Below, one piece after another: positions 48,096 to 57,947 of a stretch of DNA of 64,000 nucleotides (position 1 is its first letter; every line of letters starts with the position of its first letter). Made by a program: the position numbers and the translations under genes. The stretch lies in NCBI GenBank assembly GCA_964474895.1, contig CAYYUK010000001.1:13994-77993 (forward strand), read 5' to 3'. The notes under the pieces were generated by a model, which saw only the letters and a program-made list of their open reading frames with translations, had not been told where the DNA came from and did not search any database. Origin of the DNA: Candidatus Woesearchaeota archaeon. Lineage in GTDB: Archaea > Nanobdellota > Nanobdellia > SCGC-AAA011-G17 > PNOQ01.

Positions 48096-49528
48096 AGAAT
48101 TTAATGGCTAATTTGCCCGAAGTAAGGGCTCCACTCCAGAAATTGTCGTTTAAGGAAAAGATGAAGTGGACTGGAATAATTCTTTTTTCGTTCTTTATAC
48201 TTTCTATGATTCCTTTATTTGGTTTGGGTCAAAATTCTTTAGCTCAATTTGAGCAGTTGTCGATTATCCTTGGTGCTAGTTTTGGTTCCATTATGTCTTT
48301 GGGTATTGGTCCTATTGTTACCTCATCTATTGTGTTGCAACTTTTAACAGGATCAGGTATACTAAACATAGATCTAACAACTTCTGAAGGGAAAAAGTAT
48401 TTTCAAGGTCTACAGAAATTACTTGCTGTATTTTTCATAATTTTTGAAGCTTTTATTTATGTATTTATGGGTGGTTTGGCTCCATTAGCTACCCTTGCAC
48501 CTGCAGTTTACAAAACAATGCAGTTTATTTTAACTTTTCAATTAATCCTTGGTGGTTTTCTAATACTGTTTATGGATGAAGTTGTGTCTAAATGGGGATT
48601 TGGTTCTGGTGTTAGCTTGTTTATTGCAGCTGGAGTATCTCAACAAATTTTCATAAGAGCATTTTCTCCATTAAGTACTGCTGGTAAATTTGCATTTGGT
48701 TCTGGTTTGCCTCCTGTTGGGGCTGTTTGGGTTTTCTTTAGATCTCTTATGAATGCTGATTTATGGGGTGCGGCGATTCCTTTCTTTGCTATTTTATTTA
48801 CTGTGGTTGTTTTTGTCATGTCCGTATATGCTCAAGCAATGAAGGTTGAAATTCCTTTATCGTTTGGTAGAATAAGGGGGCATGGTATGAGATGGCCGTT
48901 GAGATTTATTTATACATCTAACATTCCAGTTATTTTGGTTGCCGCTTTGTTAGCTAATGTTCAATTATGGGCTAGGTTACTTCAGAATAGAGTTGGGGAA
49001 ACTGGTTTGATGGCTTGGGCTTCCCAGCATATCTTTGGTCAATTTTCTGGACAAATTCCAATTTCTGGTTTAGTTTATTGGACACATGCTCCTAACTTAG
49101 TAGAATATGTTCTTAGTGGTATAAAAGCTGGTGTTTGGGGTTTAACTCCAATCTTGCAAGCTTTGTCTTACATGTCTTTTATGGTAATTGGTGCAGTTAT
49201 ATTTTCTATATTTTGGGTGCAAACATCTGGAATGGATGCAAAATCTCAAGCTAAACAAATATTGTCTTCAGGATTGCAAATGCCTGGATTTAGAAGGGAC
49301 CCAAGAGTTTTGGAAACTGTGCTTAAAAGATATATTACGCCTTTGACTGTTATGGGTGGTGCTGCGGTTGGTATCTTGGCAGCTACTGCTGATCTGACTG
49401 GAGCGTTATCTAGGGGAACTGGTATTTTGTTAGCAGTTATGATTATCTATAAATTGTATGAGGATATTGCTCAACAGCACATGATGGATATGAATCCAGC
49501 TTTGAGAAAAATGATGGGGGGAGAGTAA
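48086..49528 (+). CDS. secY: preprotein translocase subunit SecY
   Basis: 480 aa, 10 TM helices; canonical position after L15. Confidence 0.92.
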   Translation: MFLKNLMANLPEVRAPLQKLSFKEKMKWTGIILFSFFILSMIPLFGLGQNSLAQFEQLSIILGASFGSIMSLGIGPIVTSSIVLQLLTGSGILNIDLTTSEGKKYFQGLQKLLAVFFIIFEAFIYVFMGGLAPLATLAPAVYKTMQFILTFQLILGGFLILFMDEVVSKWGFGSGVSLFIAAGVSQQIFIRAFSPLSTAGKFAFGSGLPPVGAVWVFFRSLMNADLWGAAIPFFAILFTVVVFVMSVYAQAMKVEIPLSFGRIRGHGMRWPLRFIYTSNIPVILVAALLANVQLWARLLQNRVGETGLMAWASQHIFGQFSGQIPISGLVYWTHAPNLVEYVLSGIKAGVWGLTPILQALSYMSFMVIGAVIFSIFWVQTSGMDAKSQAKQILSSGLQMPGFRRDPRVLETVLKRYITPLTVMGGAAVGILAATADLTGALSRGTGILLAVMIIYKLYEDIAQQHMMDMNPALRKMMGGE

Positions 49529-49560
49529 GCTTTAAAAAGCAGATTATTAAAAATTAGACA

Positions 49561-50001
49561 ATGGTGCTTGACAGTTTTTTTAACAAAATTTTTGGAGGAA
49601 TTATAGAATCTTCTCCTCTTGGTGGATTAATTTTTATATCTTTTATTTTGACCTTTCTAATTACATTAGCGTACAAGTTTATGACGGATCAAGTATTAAT
49701 GAAATCTGTCAAAGGAGAGATGAAAGATATAAGGAAACAAATGAAAGAGTACAAGGATGATCCAACCAAAGTCATGGAACTTCAAAAAAAGTCTATGGAA
49801 AGGTCAATGGCCCAAATGAAAAACTCTTTTAAACCAATGCTAATCACCTTTATTCCACTCATAATCATCTTCGGATGGCTACGAGGAGTATATGCTGAGT
49901 TAGAGATTAGTTTTATTGGAATCTCTAGTTGGTTATGGATATACATTATATTTTCCATAATATTCAGCATCACCTTAAGAAAGATATTGAAGGTACACTA
50001 A
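49561..50001 (+). CDS. DUF106 family membrane protein (Oxa1/EMC3-like archaeal insertase homolog)
   Basis: 3 TM helices with a cytosolic coiled-coil between TM1 and TM2 (KEMKDIRKQMKEYK...). Confidence 0.6.
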   Translation: MVLDSFFNKIFGGIIESSPLGGLIFISFILTFLITLAYKFMTDQVLMKSVKGEMKDIRKQMKEYKDDPTKVMELQKKSMERSMAQMKNSFKPMLITFIPLIIIFGWLRGVYAELEISFIGISSWLWIYIIFSIIFSITLRKILKVH

Positions 50002-50002
50002 A

Positions 50003-50266
50003 ATGCCAGCAGGAAAACACAAGTCACGAACATTAAGAAGGGTTTTTGTAAAGATTCCTAGTGGAAAGAATGTTGTTCATTATAGGAAGAGAAAAATAAG
50101 CATACCCAAATGTAGTGGTTGCGGAAAACCTTTGCAAGGAATTCCAAAATTAAAGCAATCTAAATTTAAAAATTTGTCTAAAACTAAAAAAAGACCCTCT
50201 AGACCTTTTGGTGGTGTTTTGTGTTCTGTTTGTAGTAGAAAAAAAATAAAGGAGCAAATTGAGTAA
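50003..50266 (+). CDS. rpl34e: ribosomal protein L34e
   Basis: Zinc ribbon CSGCGKPL...CSVC; basic. Confidence 0.85.
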   Translation: MPAGKHKSRTLRRVFVKIPSGKNVVHYRKRKISIPKCSGCGKPLQGIPKLKQSKFKNLSKTKKRPSRPFGGVLCSVCSRKKIKEQIE

Positions 50267-50564
50267 AATGTTTGATGTTGGAAGAATTTGTGTCAAGATT
50301 GCCGGTAGAGATGCTGGGCAAACTGCAGTAGTGGTTGATACACTGAAGGATGGTTATGTTATTATAGACGGTAATGTCAGAAGGAAAAAATGTAATACTA
50401 AACATTTGGAACCTTTGAAAGATATTTTGAAAATAAAGAAAGGTGCTTCAACCATAGATGTTCATAAAGCAATGATTAGCTCTAAAATGAAAGTTATTGA
50501 AAATGGTAAGGTAAAAAGAAGTGCTCCAAAGAAAAAAGTAGAAACTAAAGGAAAGAAGAAATGA
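50259..50564 (+). CDS. rpl14e: ribosomal protein L14e
   Basis: KOW-like N-terminus GRICVKIAGRDAG. Confidence 0.8.
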   Translation: MSKMFDVGRICVKIAGRDAGQTAVVVDTLKDGYVIIDGNVRRKKCNTKHLEPLKDILKIKKGASTIDVHKAMISSKMKVIENGKVKRSAPKKKVETKGKKK

Positions 50565-50938
50565 CTGAATTTGATAAAGACCAGATGAAAGCTCTTGAGA
50601 TGCAACTCATGAACCATAACCTAACTAATCTTAGAAATCAACTTGCTTCGTTATCCCAACAAGTTTTGGAACTTGAAGATCTTAGAAATGGTTTGTCTAG
50701 TTTGAAAGATATTGAGGATAAAAAATCATTTGTTCCTTTTGGAAGTGGTATTTTCTTGGAAGCTGAATTAAAAAAACCCAAAGATGTTCTAATGAATGTA
50801 GGTACGGGAGTCCTTGTAAAAAAAGACTTCAACACTGCCCTTGATATAATTGGAAAACAAATAACTGAATTGAATAAAATCTCATTTGAAATGAGTTCTG
50901 AGTTGGAAAAGATAGAATCTCAACTTAATTCCCAGTAG
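50561..50938 (+). CDS. pfdA: prefoldin alpha subunit
   Basis: Coiled coils flanking two beta hairpins (FVPFGSGIFLEAEL / VLMNVGTGVLVK). Confidence 0.7.
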   Translation: MTEFDKDQMKALEMQLMNHNLTNLRNQLASLSQQVLELEDLRNGLSSLKDIEDKKSFVPFGSGIFLEAELKKPKDVLMNVGTGVLVKKDFNTALDIIGKQITELNKISFEMSSELEKIESQLNSQ

Positions 50939-50975
50939 GCAAATTTATTTAAAATTGGGATAGTTTCTCCTTTTT

Positions 50976-52205
50976 ATGGTATCAAATTTTTTGGATTATT
51001 ATTCTAGGTCTGATGTACAAAAGGGCATTTATGAAAATTGTAAAGATAAAGAAATTGCTGTTCAATTGGGTGAAAGGGGCTTTGCTAGGAGACCAAATAT
51101 AATCCAGTATGATGGGGAGATTTTGGACTTTGTAAAAGATGGTGGAACTTCTTTTCATATTTCTGAAGAAACTTGGGGTGATCCTCTTTCTTTGGCCCCT
51201 GGTATGCCTAAAAAAAAGTTAGATCCTCTTAGGATAGGTTGGGATTTGGTTTTGGATATTGATAGTCCAGATTTAGAAGATTCTAAAATAATTGCCCACT
51301 ATCTTGTCGAAGCTATGAAATTTCATGATGTAAAAAGTATTTTTGTTAAATATTCTGGAAATAAGGGGTTTCATATTGTTGTTCCTTTCGAAGCATTTCC
51401 TATTGAAGTTAATAACATTTTAATAAAAGATCAATTTCCAGAAGGTCCAAAAGTTATAACTGAGTATTTAACCAATATGATCAAAAAACCCCTCTTTGAA
51501 GAGTTCAAAGAAAGAACTAATGAGGTTCTTAAGATAGACACCGTTCTGATATCTAGCAGACATATGTATAGGGCTCCTTATTCTTTACACGAAAAAAGTG
51601 GTCTTGTTAGTTTGCCTGTTGATCCTAGTAACTTATTAAGTTTTGATAAGAATTCTGCCAATCCCAAAACTGTAAAGTTTGATGTTGGGTTTTTGGAAAA
51701 TAGAGAGAAAATAACTGAAAGAGATGCTTCTAAATTAATGATGCAGGCTTTTGATTGGCATTCCAGGATAAAAAACATTCGAAGTGCAAGGGAAGAGTAT
51801 GTTGAAACAATTAAAGGTCCTAAAAATTATGAAGAGTTTAAGGACACTGTGCCTGAAAAATTCTTTCCAGAGAGTATAAAGAAAGGTTTGACTGGGTTGG
51901 AGGATGGGAAAAAGCGTTTTTTATTTGTTTTGATAAATTTCTTAAAATGTGTTGGTTGGAATTTTGAAGATATAGATAAAAAAGTTAGAGAATGGAACTC
52001 TGCAAATCCTGAGCCGCTTAGAGAAGGTTACTTGCTTTCGCAGTTAAATTGGCATAAGAGGCAAAAAGAGAAGATTCTCCCCCCTAATTATGATAACAAT
52101 AATTATTACAGAGATCTGCAGATCCCCGATCCAGACCATATAATGAAAAAATTCAAGAATCCGGTAAACTATGCTATTCTAATGTATAAACGTTCTAAAA
52201 AGTAA
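50976..52205 (+). CDS. priS: DNA primase small (catalytic) subunit PriS
   Basis: Catalytic motifs GWDLVLDIDSPD, SGNKGFHIVVPF, RAPYSLHEKSGL match the AEP-primase DxD / SGxRGxH / H motifs. Confidence 0.85.
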   Translation: MVSNFLDYYSRSDVQKGIYENCKDKEIAVQLGERGFARRPNIIQYDGEILDFVKDGGTSFHISEETWGDPLSLAPGMPKKKLDPLRIGWDLVLDIDSPDLEDSKIIAHYLVEAMKFHDVKSIFVKYSGNKGFHIVVPFEAFPIEVNNILIKDQFPEGPKVITEYLTNMIKKPLFEEFKERTNEVLKIDTVLISSRHMYRAPYSLHEKSGLVSLPVDPSNLLSFDKNSANPKTVKFDVGFLENREKITERDASKLMMQAFDWHSRIKNIRSAREEYVETIKGPKNYEEFKDTVPEKFFPESIKKGLTGLEDGKKRFLFVLINFLKCVGWNFEDIDKKVREWNSANPEPLREGYLLSQLNWHKRQKEKILPPNYDNNNYYRDLQIPDPDHIMKKFKNPVNYAILMYKRSKK

Positions 52206-52237
52206 GACTTATAAATAGTTTCAATTAAGCCTATTGT

Positions 52238-52426
52238 ATGGGAAGAATCAAAACTACTATGATCAAAAGGGTAACTCTCAAGTTATTTAGAGATAATCCA
52301 GATAAGTTTGAGAAGGATTTTAACGATAATAAAAAAGTTGTAGAAGAACTGGTCGACGTCAAATCCAAGAAATTGAGAAATATTATAGCGGGATATATGA
52401 CTAGATTGGCTAAGCAGAATAAATAA
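52238..52426 (+). CDS. rps17e: ribosomal protein S17e
   Basis: MGRIKTTMIKRVTLKLFRD... family pattern. Confidence 0.85.
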   Translation: MGRIKTTMIKRVTLKLFRDNPDKFEKDFNDNKKVVEELVDVKSKKLRNIIAGYMTRLAKQNK

Positions 52427-52453
52427 TATTCACCTATCCATGGAGGTATTAAA

Positions 52454-52789
52454 ATGGCGGAAGATACAACTGATCAACCAGATGTGAGAAGAGAAGTGCA
52501 GAGGCGGAATAGTAATGACAATGTAGTTTTTATTGGTGGTAAGCCTTTTATGAATTATGTTACGGGTGTGGTAATGCAATTTACAACTCAAAACTCTAAA
52601 GAAATAGTGGTTAAGGCAAGAGGTAAGTTTATTTCAAGGGCTGTGGATGTTGCGGAAGTTGCCAGTAGAAGATTTTTGGAGAATACTTGTGACATTGGTA
52701 AAATTGAGATAGGTAGTGAAGAGTTCAAGAATAAAGAAGGAAAACAAATTAGAGTTTCAACGATAGAGATTACTTTGAACAAGAAGTAA
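52454..52789 (+). CDS. alba: DNA/RNA-binding protein Alba
   Basis: NVVFIGGKPFMNYVTGVVMQF...VKARGKFISRAVDVAEV matches the Alba core. Confidence 0.85.
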   Translation: MAEDTTDQPDVRREVQRRNSNDNVVFIGGKPFMNYVTGVVMQFTTQNSKEIVVKARGKFISRAVDVAEVASRRFLENTCDIGKIEIGSEEFKNKEGKQIRVSTIEITLNKK

Positions 52790-52799
52790 CTTTTCTCTT

Positions 52800-53243
52800 T
52801 TATTTTTTTAAGTAGAATTTTTTTTCTTTATAATTAGCTAATATTTTTTCGCTCGGAAAGTATAATGGAGTTGGCAAATCTTCTATATCGAACCACTGCC
52901 ATTCTGTTATTTCATCTGGTTCCATTACTTTTGGTTCTCCCTCAAAATTATCTGTGAACAAACCCACTGTTATGAAATGTGCAGTGTCTACTATATCATT
53001 ATTTAGGCAGATTACGTTTGGACTATTTATTTTTATTCCTGTTTCTTCTAAAACTTCTCTTTTTGCTCCTTCCTCAAAAGATTCTCCAAATTCTAATTTT
53101 CCCCCTGGCATTGTCCATGTCCCCTCTCCCTTTAGTAAGCTTGATGCTTTTTCAGGGTCTTCGTGACGTTTTCCTAGAAGTACTTTCCCCTCTTTAAGAA
53201 TCATTACTCCAAAACCACTTCCTACTTTTCTCTTTTTTTCCAT
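52800..53243 (-). CDS. NUDIX hydrolase
   Basis: Nudix box GGKLEFGESFEEGAKREVLEETGI. Confidence 0.85.
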   Translation of the reverse strand: MEKKRKVGSGFGVMILKEGKVLLGKRHEDPEKASSLLKGEGTWTMPGGKLEFGESFEEGAKREVLEETGIKINSPNVICLNNDIVDTAHFITVGLFTDNFEGEPKVMEPDEITEWQWFDIEDLPTPLYFPSEKILANYKEKKFYLKK

Positions 53244-53280
53244 ATTTGTTCAATGGTTAAATTAGATATAAATTTTTCTA

Positions 53281-53577
53281 TTAGAACTCATAAAGATGTT
53301 TGTCTAAATTTATCTTATTATTTTTTATTTCAACTCCTTCTTCTTTTAGGATTTTTACTTTAGTTTTGGTTCCAGAAAAGAATCCCCCTACATCCCCATT
53401 TGAGTTTATTACTCTGTGACAGGGGACTTCTGGTGCATATGGGTTCTTATTCATTGCATTTCCAACTGCCCTGTATGCTTTGGAATTTAGAGCTTTAGCT
53501 AATTCTTTGTAAGTTGTTACTTTTCCTTTTGGAACTTTTCTAAGAATTTCGTAACATCTTTCATTGAATGATTTCAT
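53281..53577 (-). CDS. methylated-DNA-protein-cysteine methyltransferase DNA-binding domain protein (Ogt/MGMT-like)
   Basis: Active-site PCHRV; only about 98 aa (C-terminal domain only). Confidence 0.8.
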   Translation of the reverse strand: MKSFNERCYEILRKVPKGKVTTYKELAKALNSKAYRAVGNAMNKNPYAPEVPCHRVINSNGDVGGFFSGTKTKVKILKEEGVEIKNNKINLDKHLYEF

Positions 53578-53657
53578 AATCTTGTAATTCTTTTCGAATT
53601 TAATAATTTATCCCAAAGAAACCTTTAAATAACAAATAAATCAAAAATGTATTAGAG

Positions 53658-55379
53658 GTGACTATGGATTTTTTACAGGTTGTTTCAGCCTTAAACCAAA
53701 ATATACTTGTTGATATTGGATTTTTGATAATTCTTGCGACTATTATTGCATATTTTGCTAGAATGTTAAAGCAGCCTTTAATTCCGGCCTATATTATAAC
53801 AGGTTTAATTGTTGGGCCTATTGGCTTTGGTTTAATCAAAGACCAGGAACTTATTAGATCAATTGCTGAATTTGGTATTGCGTTTTTGCTGTTCGTTGTT
53901 GGTCTAGAAATTAATCTTAAAAAATTGAAACATGTTGGTCCTGTGGCAAGCATTGGTGGATTAATACAGGTTGCTGCTACTTACTTTATTGGTTTCTATA
54001 CTGCTTCTTGGTTGGGTTTTTCTTATTTTGAATCCTTGATCGTTGGTTTGTTTTTGGCATTTAGTAGTACCATGATTGTAATCAAGTTGCTTTCTGATAA
54101 GAATGAGTTAGATACCTTGCATGGTAAAATTGCTTTGGGTATTTTGATAATTCAGGATATAATTGTTATTTTGGTTATGGCTTTGATAAGCACCTTTGGT
54201 AGCTTTAACATTTCTGTTGCTGCTATTGCATTGGCAAAGGGTTTACTCTTATTTGTTATTGCTTTCTTAGCTGGAAGGTTTATCTTTCCCTGGTTGTTTG
54301 GTTTTGCTGCTAAAACCAAGGAACTTTTGTTTTTGTCTTCATTAGCAGTGCTATTTTTGTTTGCTATTTTGGCACATATGCTTGAATTTTCAATTGCTAT
54401 AGGTGCATTTTTGGGAGGAATTGCATTGTCAAATCTTCCTTATTATCTTGATATAATAGGAAAGGTTAATCCTTTGAAGAGTTTCTTTTCCACTATTTTC
54501 TTTGTAGCAATAGGTATGCAGTTAGTTCCGTTTTCCCTTTCACAAAATTTGAAAGTTCTTGTAGTTTTATTCCTGATTATAGTTTTCATAAAACCTGTTG
54601 TTATTTTCCTTACAACAACTTTGTTTGGTTATGAAAAAAGAACTGCTTTCTTAACAGGTATTAGTTTGGGTCAGACAAGTGAGTTTTCTTTGATATTGGT
54701 GACAATTCCTTTTGTTTTTGGACTTATCTCTGCTGAGTTATTTACGATTGTTATATTCTTAACAATTCTTACTATGGTTTTGACTTCTTACTCTTTAGAA
54801 TTTAAGAATGGTCTATATAGATCATTTTCCCCTATTCTATCTCTATTTGATAAAATTCCTATTCACAGAAAAAAAATGGAATATCTGAGCAAAGCCCATG
54901 CCAAGACTGTTGTTTTGGTTGGGAGACATAGGATGGGTTCTATTTTTTATGAAACTTTGAGGAAGATGAAAAAAAGTACAATTGTAGTTGATAATAATCC
55001 TGATATAATAAAACATATGATAAACGCTGAAGAGTCATGTATTTATGGAGATATTAATAATGTTGAAGTTTTGGATAAATTGAATTTAAGGAAAGTAAAG
55101 GTAATAATTTCTACTGTTCCTGGTGAAAATGATAATTTATTTTTATTGGATTATGTTAAAAAGATTAATCCCAAGATAAGGGTTTTACTTACTGCACAAC
55201 ATGTTCATGAAGCTGAAAAGTTATATGAAAAGGGTGCTGATTATGTAATTGTCCCCCATATCTTAAGTGGTGAGAAAGTTTCTTTGATTATTAGAAAGGT
55301 TTTGAAAGATATATCATATACTGGCAAATTGAAGGATAGACATTCTAAGTATTTACATAAATTGATGAAAGAAGATTAG
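53658..55379 (+). CDS. Kef-type cation:proton antiporter (CPA2) with C-terminal TrkA-N/RCK domain
   Basis: About 12 TM helices followed by a Rossmann-like KTVVLVGRHRMG domain. Confidence 0.8.
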   Translation: MTMDFLQVVSALNQNILVDIGFLIILATIIAYFARMLKQPLIPAYIITGLIVGPIGFGLIKDQELIRSIAEFGIAFLLFVVGLEINLKKLKHVGPVASIGGLIQVAATYFIGFYTASWLGFSYFESLIVGLFLAFSSTMIVIKLLSDKNELDTLHGKIALGILIIQDIIVILVMALISTFGSFNISVAAIALAKGLLLFVIAFLAGRFIFPWLFGFAAKTKELLFLSSLAVLFLFAILAHMLEFSIAIGAFLGGIALSNLPYYLDIIGKVNPLKSFFSTIFFVAIGMQLVPFSLSQNLKVLVVLFLIIVFIKPVVIFLTTTLFGYEKRTAFLTGISLGQTSEFSLILVTIPFVFGLISAELFTIVIFLTILTMVLTSYSLEFKNGLYRSFSPILSLFDKIPIHRKKMEYLSKAHAKTVVLVGRHRMGSIFYETLRKMKKSTIVVDNNPDIIKHMINAEESCIYGDINNVEVLDKLNLRKVKVIISTVPGENDNLFLLDYVKKINPKIRVLLTAQHVHEAEKLYEKGADYVIVPHILSGEKVSLIIRKVLKDISYTGKLKDRHSKYLHKLMKED

Positions 55380-55380
55380 G

Positions 55381-55453
55381 TGGCGCCTCCCGGAATTGAA
55401 CCGGGGACCTCTGCCGCATGAGAGCAGCGTTCTAACCGCTGAACTAAGGCGCC
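55381..55453 (-). tRNA. tRNA-Met (anticodon CAT; elongator type, or tRNA-Ile2 if C34 is agmatidinylated)
   Basis: Revcomp folds: acceptor GGCGCCT/AGGCGCC with G1-C72, D-arm GTTC-AGCGGTTA-GAAC, anticodon loop CTCATGC. Confidence 0.75.
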
Positions 55454-55473
55454 TTATGAATTTGGAGAGAACT

Positions 55474-55884
55474 TTATTTTAAAAAGCTTTTTATCTTGTC
55501 TATTAACGCTTTATTTTCTTCTTCCGATATTTCTTTTGTTCTCTTCCATTCAAATTTAGAACCATCCTCATTAAATCTTGGCATTAAATGAAAATGTACA
55601 TGATTAACAACTTGGCCTGCTATTTTCCCGTTGTTTTGGAAGATATTCATCCCATCTGAATTATTTAAAATTCCTTTGCTAATTTTAGTTATTGCGTTGG
55701 ACAAATTTGCAAAATCTTTGGGTGTCATTTCCCCTATGTTTGAGAAGTGTTTTTTTGGGATAACTAAAGTATGTCCCCTTGCGTTTGGTTGTGCATCCGG
55801 AAATGCAAACGCGTGTTCATCTTCATAGATTACATCTGTTGGAATTTCTCCTTTTGCTATTTTACAAAATATACAGTCTGTCAT
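55474..55884 (-). CDS. HIT-family (histidine triad) nucleotide hydrolase
   Basis: HIT motif HVHFHLMPR, N-terminal CxxC. Confidence 0.85.
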   Translation of the reverse strand: MTDCIFCKIAKGEIPTDVIYEDEHAFAFPDAQPNARGHTLVIPKKHFSNIGEMTPKDFANLSNAITKISKGILNNSDGMNIFQNNGKIAGQVVNHVHFHLMPRFNEDGSKFEWKRTKEISEEENKALIDKIKSFLK

Positions 55885-55897
55885 TTTTTTCTTTTTA

Positions 55898-55968
55898 TGG
55901 ACCCACCGGGAATCGAACCCGGATTTCGAGACTGCCAGCCTCGTGTGATACCACTACACTACAGGCCC
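55898..55968 (-). tRNA. tRNA-Ala (anticodon GGC)
   Basis: Revcomp folds with G3:U70 identity pair, anticodon arm CGAGG-CTGGCAG-TCTCG, T-arm CCGGG-TTCGATT-CCCGG; abuts rtcB stop. Confidence 0.65.
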
Positions 55969-57423
55969 TTAACCTTTTATTACTCCAAGAGGTTTTAGTT
56001 TACAAATTTTCTTTCCTATTCCAATTTTGTCTGAAACTTCTGCAACATCTTCTATATTTTTGTAAACACCTGGTGATTCTTCGCTTATTCCTCTGCTTGA
56101 TGCTGCTTTAATATAAATCTTGTTTTTTTCCAATTCTTTTATTGTGCCTTCTGATGTAAATCTTTTGTTTGCTTCGTGTCTTGACATTAATCTTCCTGCT
56201 CCGTGTGCAGTGCTTGAAAATGTTTCATCCATTGCTTTATCTGTTCCTGCAAGTAAATAAGATGATGTTCCCATACTACCAGGTAAAAGTATTGGTTGGC
56301 CTGTTTTTTTATATTTTTTTGGAAGTTCTTTGTGTCCAGGACCAAAACTTCTAGTTGCTCCTTTCCTATGGATATAAACTTTCTTTACTTTTCCATTGAT
56401 TTTGTACTCTTCAATTTTAACTATGTTATGAGCAACATCATAAACAAGATTTAGATTAATCTTTGATCCAAAGACTTTTTTGAACGATTCTCTCATATAA
56501 TGTGTTATTATTTGTCTGTTGCACCACCCGTAGTTTGCAGCAGCACTCATTGCCCCAAGATAATCTTTTGCTAGTTGTGACCCTGTTGGTGCATAAATTA
56601 AATCTTTATCTGGAAGTTTTTTCACAATCTCTGGAAATTCATCCTCCATTCTTCTTAAGTAGTCGCTACAGACTTGGTGTCCCAATCCCCTTGATCCTGA
56701 GTGAACCATCACTACAATTTGATTTTCCTTTGTTATTCCAAAAGTCTCTGCAATTTCTTTGTCATAAATTTCTTCTACGTACTGTAATTCTATGAAATGA
56801 TTGCCCGCTCCTAAAGTTCCTAACTGTTTTCTTCCTCTCTTCTTTGCTTTTGGTGAAACCTTTGAGAAATCTGCAGTCTTCATGTGTCCTTTTTCTTCAC
56901 AAAGCTCTACATCTTCTTTTGTTGCATATTTGTTTTCTAATGCCCAATCTACACCAGTGTTTAGCACTTCTTTGTAGTCTTCATCACTTAATCTTAAATT
57001 TGACTCCTTGCCAATCCCACAAGGAATATCTTCGAACAGTTGGTTGATTAATTCTTTTATTTTTGATTCAACTTCTTCTTTTGTTAGTTTAGTTGTTAAT
57101 AATCTTACTCCGCAGTTTATGTCAAATCCTGTTACACCTGGTGAAATACATCCCTTTTCTATGTCAAATGCTGCTACACCGCCCACTGGTGCCCCGTACC
57201 CTTGGTGAGCATCAGGCATCATTAGAGATGCTTTTTGAATTCCTGGCAAGGTTGATAGATTAACTGCCTGTTGTATTGAGTCATCTTGCTTTATTTTGTT
57301 TAGAATTTTTTCTGAAGCAAAGATCTTTACTGGGACGTTCATATCCCCTTCTTTGTCTATCTTGTAAACATTTTCTCTTACTTTCTTTATTTTCCAATCT
57401 TTCATTTTAAGTATCGACCACAA
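55969..57423 (-). CDS. rtcB: RNA-splicing ligase RtcB
   Basis: 484 aa; metal-binding Cys/His motifs and SSTAHGAGRLMSR (H-GAGR) RtcB signature. Confidence 0.9.
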   Translation of the reverse strand: MWSILKMKDWKIKKVRENVYKIDKEGDMNVPVKIFASEKILNKIKQDDSIQQAVNLSTLPGIQKASLMMPDAHQGYGAPVGGVAAFDIEKGCISPGVTGFDINCGVRLLTTKLTKEEVESKIKELINQLFEDIPCGIGKESNLRLSDEDYKEVLNTGVDWALENKYATKEDVELCEEKGHMKTADFSKVSPKAKKRGRKQLGTLGAGNHFIELQYVEEIYDKEIAETFGITKENQIVVMVHSGSRGLGHQVCSDYLRRMEDEFPEIVKKLPDKDLIYAPTGSQLAKDYLGAMSAAANYGWCNRQIITHYMRESFKKVFGSKINLNLVYDVAHNIVKIEEYKINGKVKKVYIHRKGATRSFGPGHKELPKKYKKTGQPILLPGSMGTSSYLLAGTDKAMDETFSSTAHGAGRLMSRHEANKRFTSEGTIKELEKNKIYIKAASSRGISEESPGVYKNIEDVAEVSDKIGIGKKICKLKPLGVIKG

Positions 57424-57817
57424 CTGTTGCTTCGTAACCCTTTTTAGTTTTTTTTATTTCCATATCGCTGTATGTTACTGCCTTTATATCACTTTTTAAC
57501 TCGTAGTTGTTACAATTGTCTCCTTCTAATGTTGCAGTTAGTTCAAAGTCGTCTGTTACTTTAATTTGTTTTACTTTGTGTAAGAAAAAATGTTCAGTAT
57601 CTAACAAAAATAACAACTCTTGTAAGAAATCATACAACAATTGATCATAACTTTTTGTTTTTACTTTAATCTTCTTGGTTTTTGTTGATTTTACTTTGTT
57701 TGTTGGTCCTAAAATGTTGAACATTGCAAGTGCAGAATTACTAAAAACAGCGTCGATGTTTCTACCAAATGCTTTAAACTTTACATCTGCAGTGTGACTT
57801 ATGTATTTGTATTGCAT
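57407..57817 (-). CDS. archease (RtcB activator)
   Basis: N-terminal YISHTADVKF, about 136 aa; overlaps rtcB start. Confidence 0.8.
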   Translation of the reverse strand: MQYKYISHTADVKFKAFGRNIDAVFSNSALAMFNILGPTNKVKSTKTKKIKVKTKSYDQLLYDFLQELLFLLDTEHFFLHKVKQIKVTDDFELTATLEGDNCNNYELKSDIKAVTYSDMEIKKTKKGYEATVVVDT

Positions 57818-57933
57818 GTTTTACTTAGTTTTTTGTAAATTAAAAACTTTTTTGTTCTTGTTTTGTTAAAATAACAAGGTTTATAAAGTTTTAATTTTAA
57901 AATTTGCATGTAAATCATACTTTGATTTAGCAA

Positions 57934-57939
57934 AGGAGG
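57934..57939 (+). promoter_or_regulatory. Shine-Dalgarno AGGAGG 8 nt upstream of the basic repeat protein gene
   Basis: Near-perfect anti-SD complement at ideal spacing. Confidence 0.55.
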
Positions 57940-57947
57940 AAAAATAA

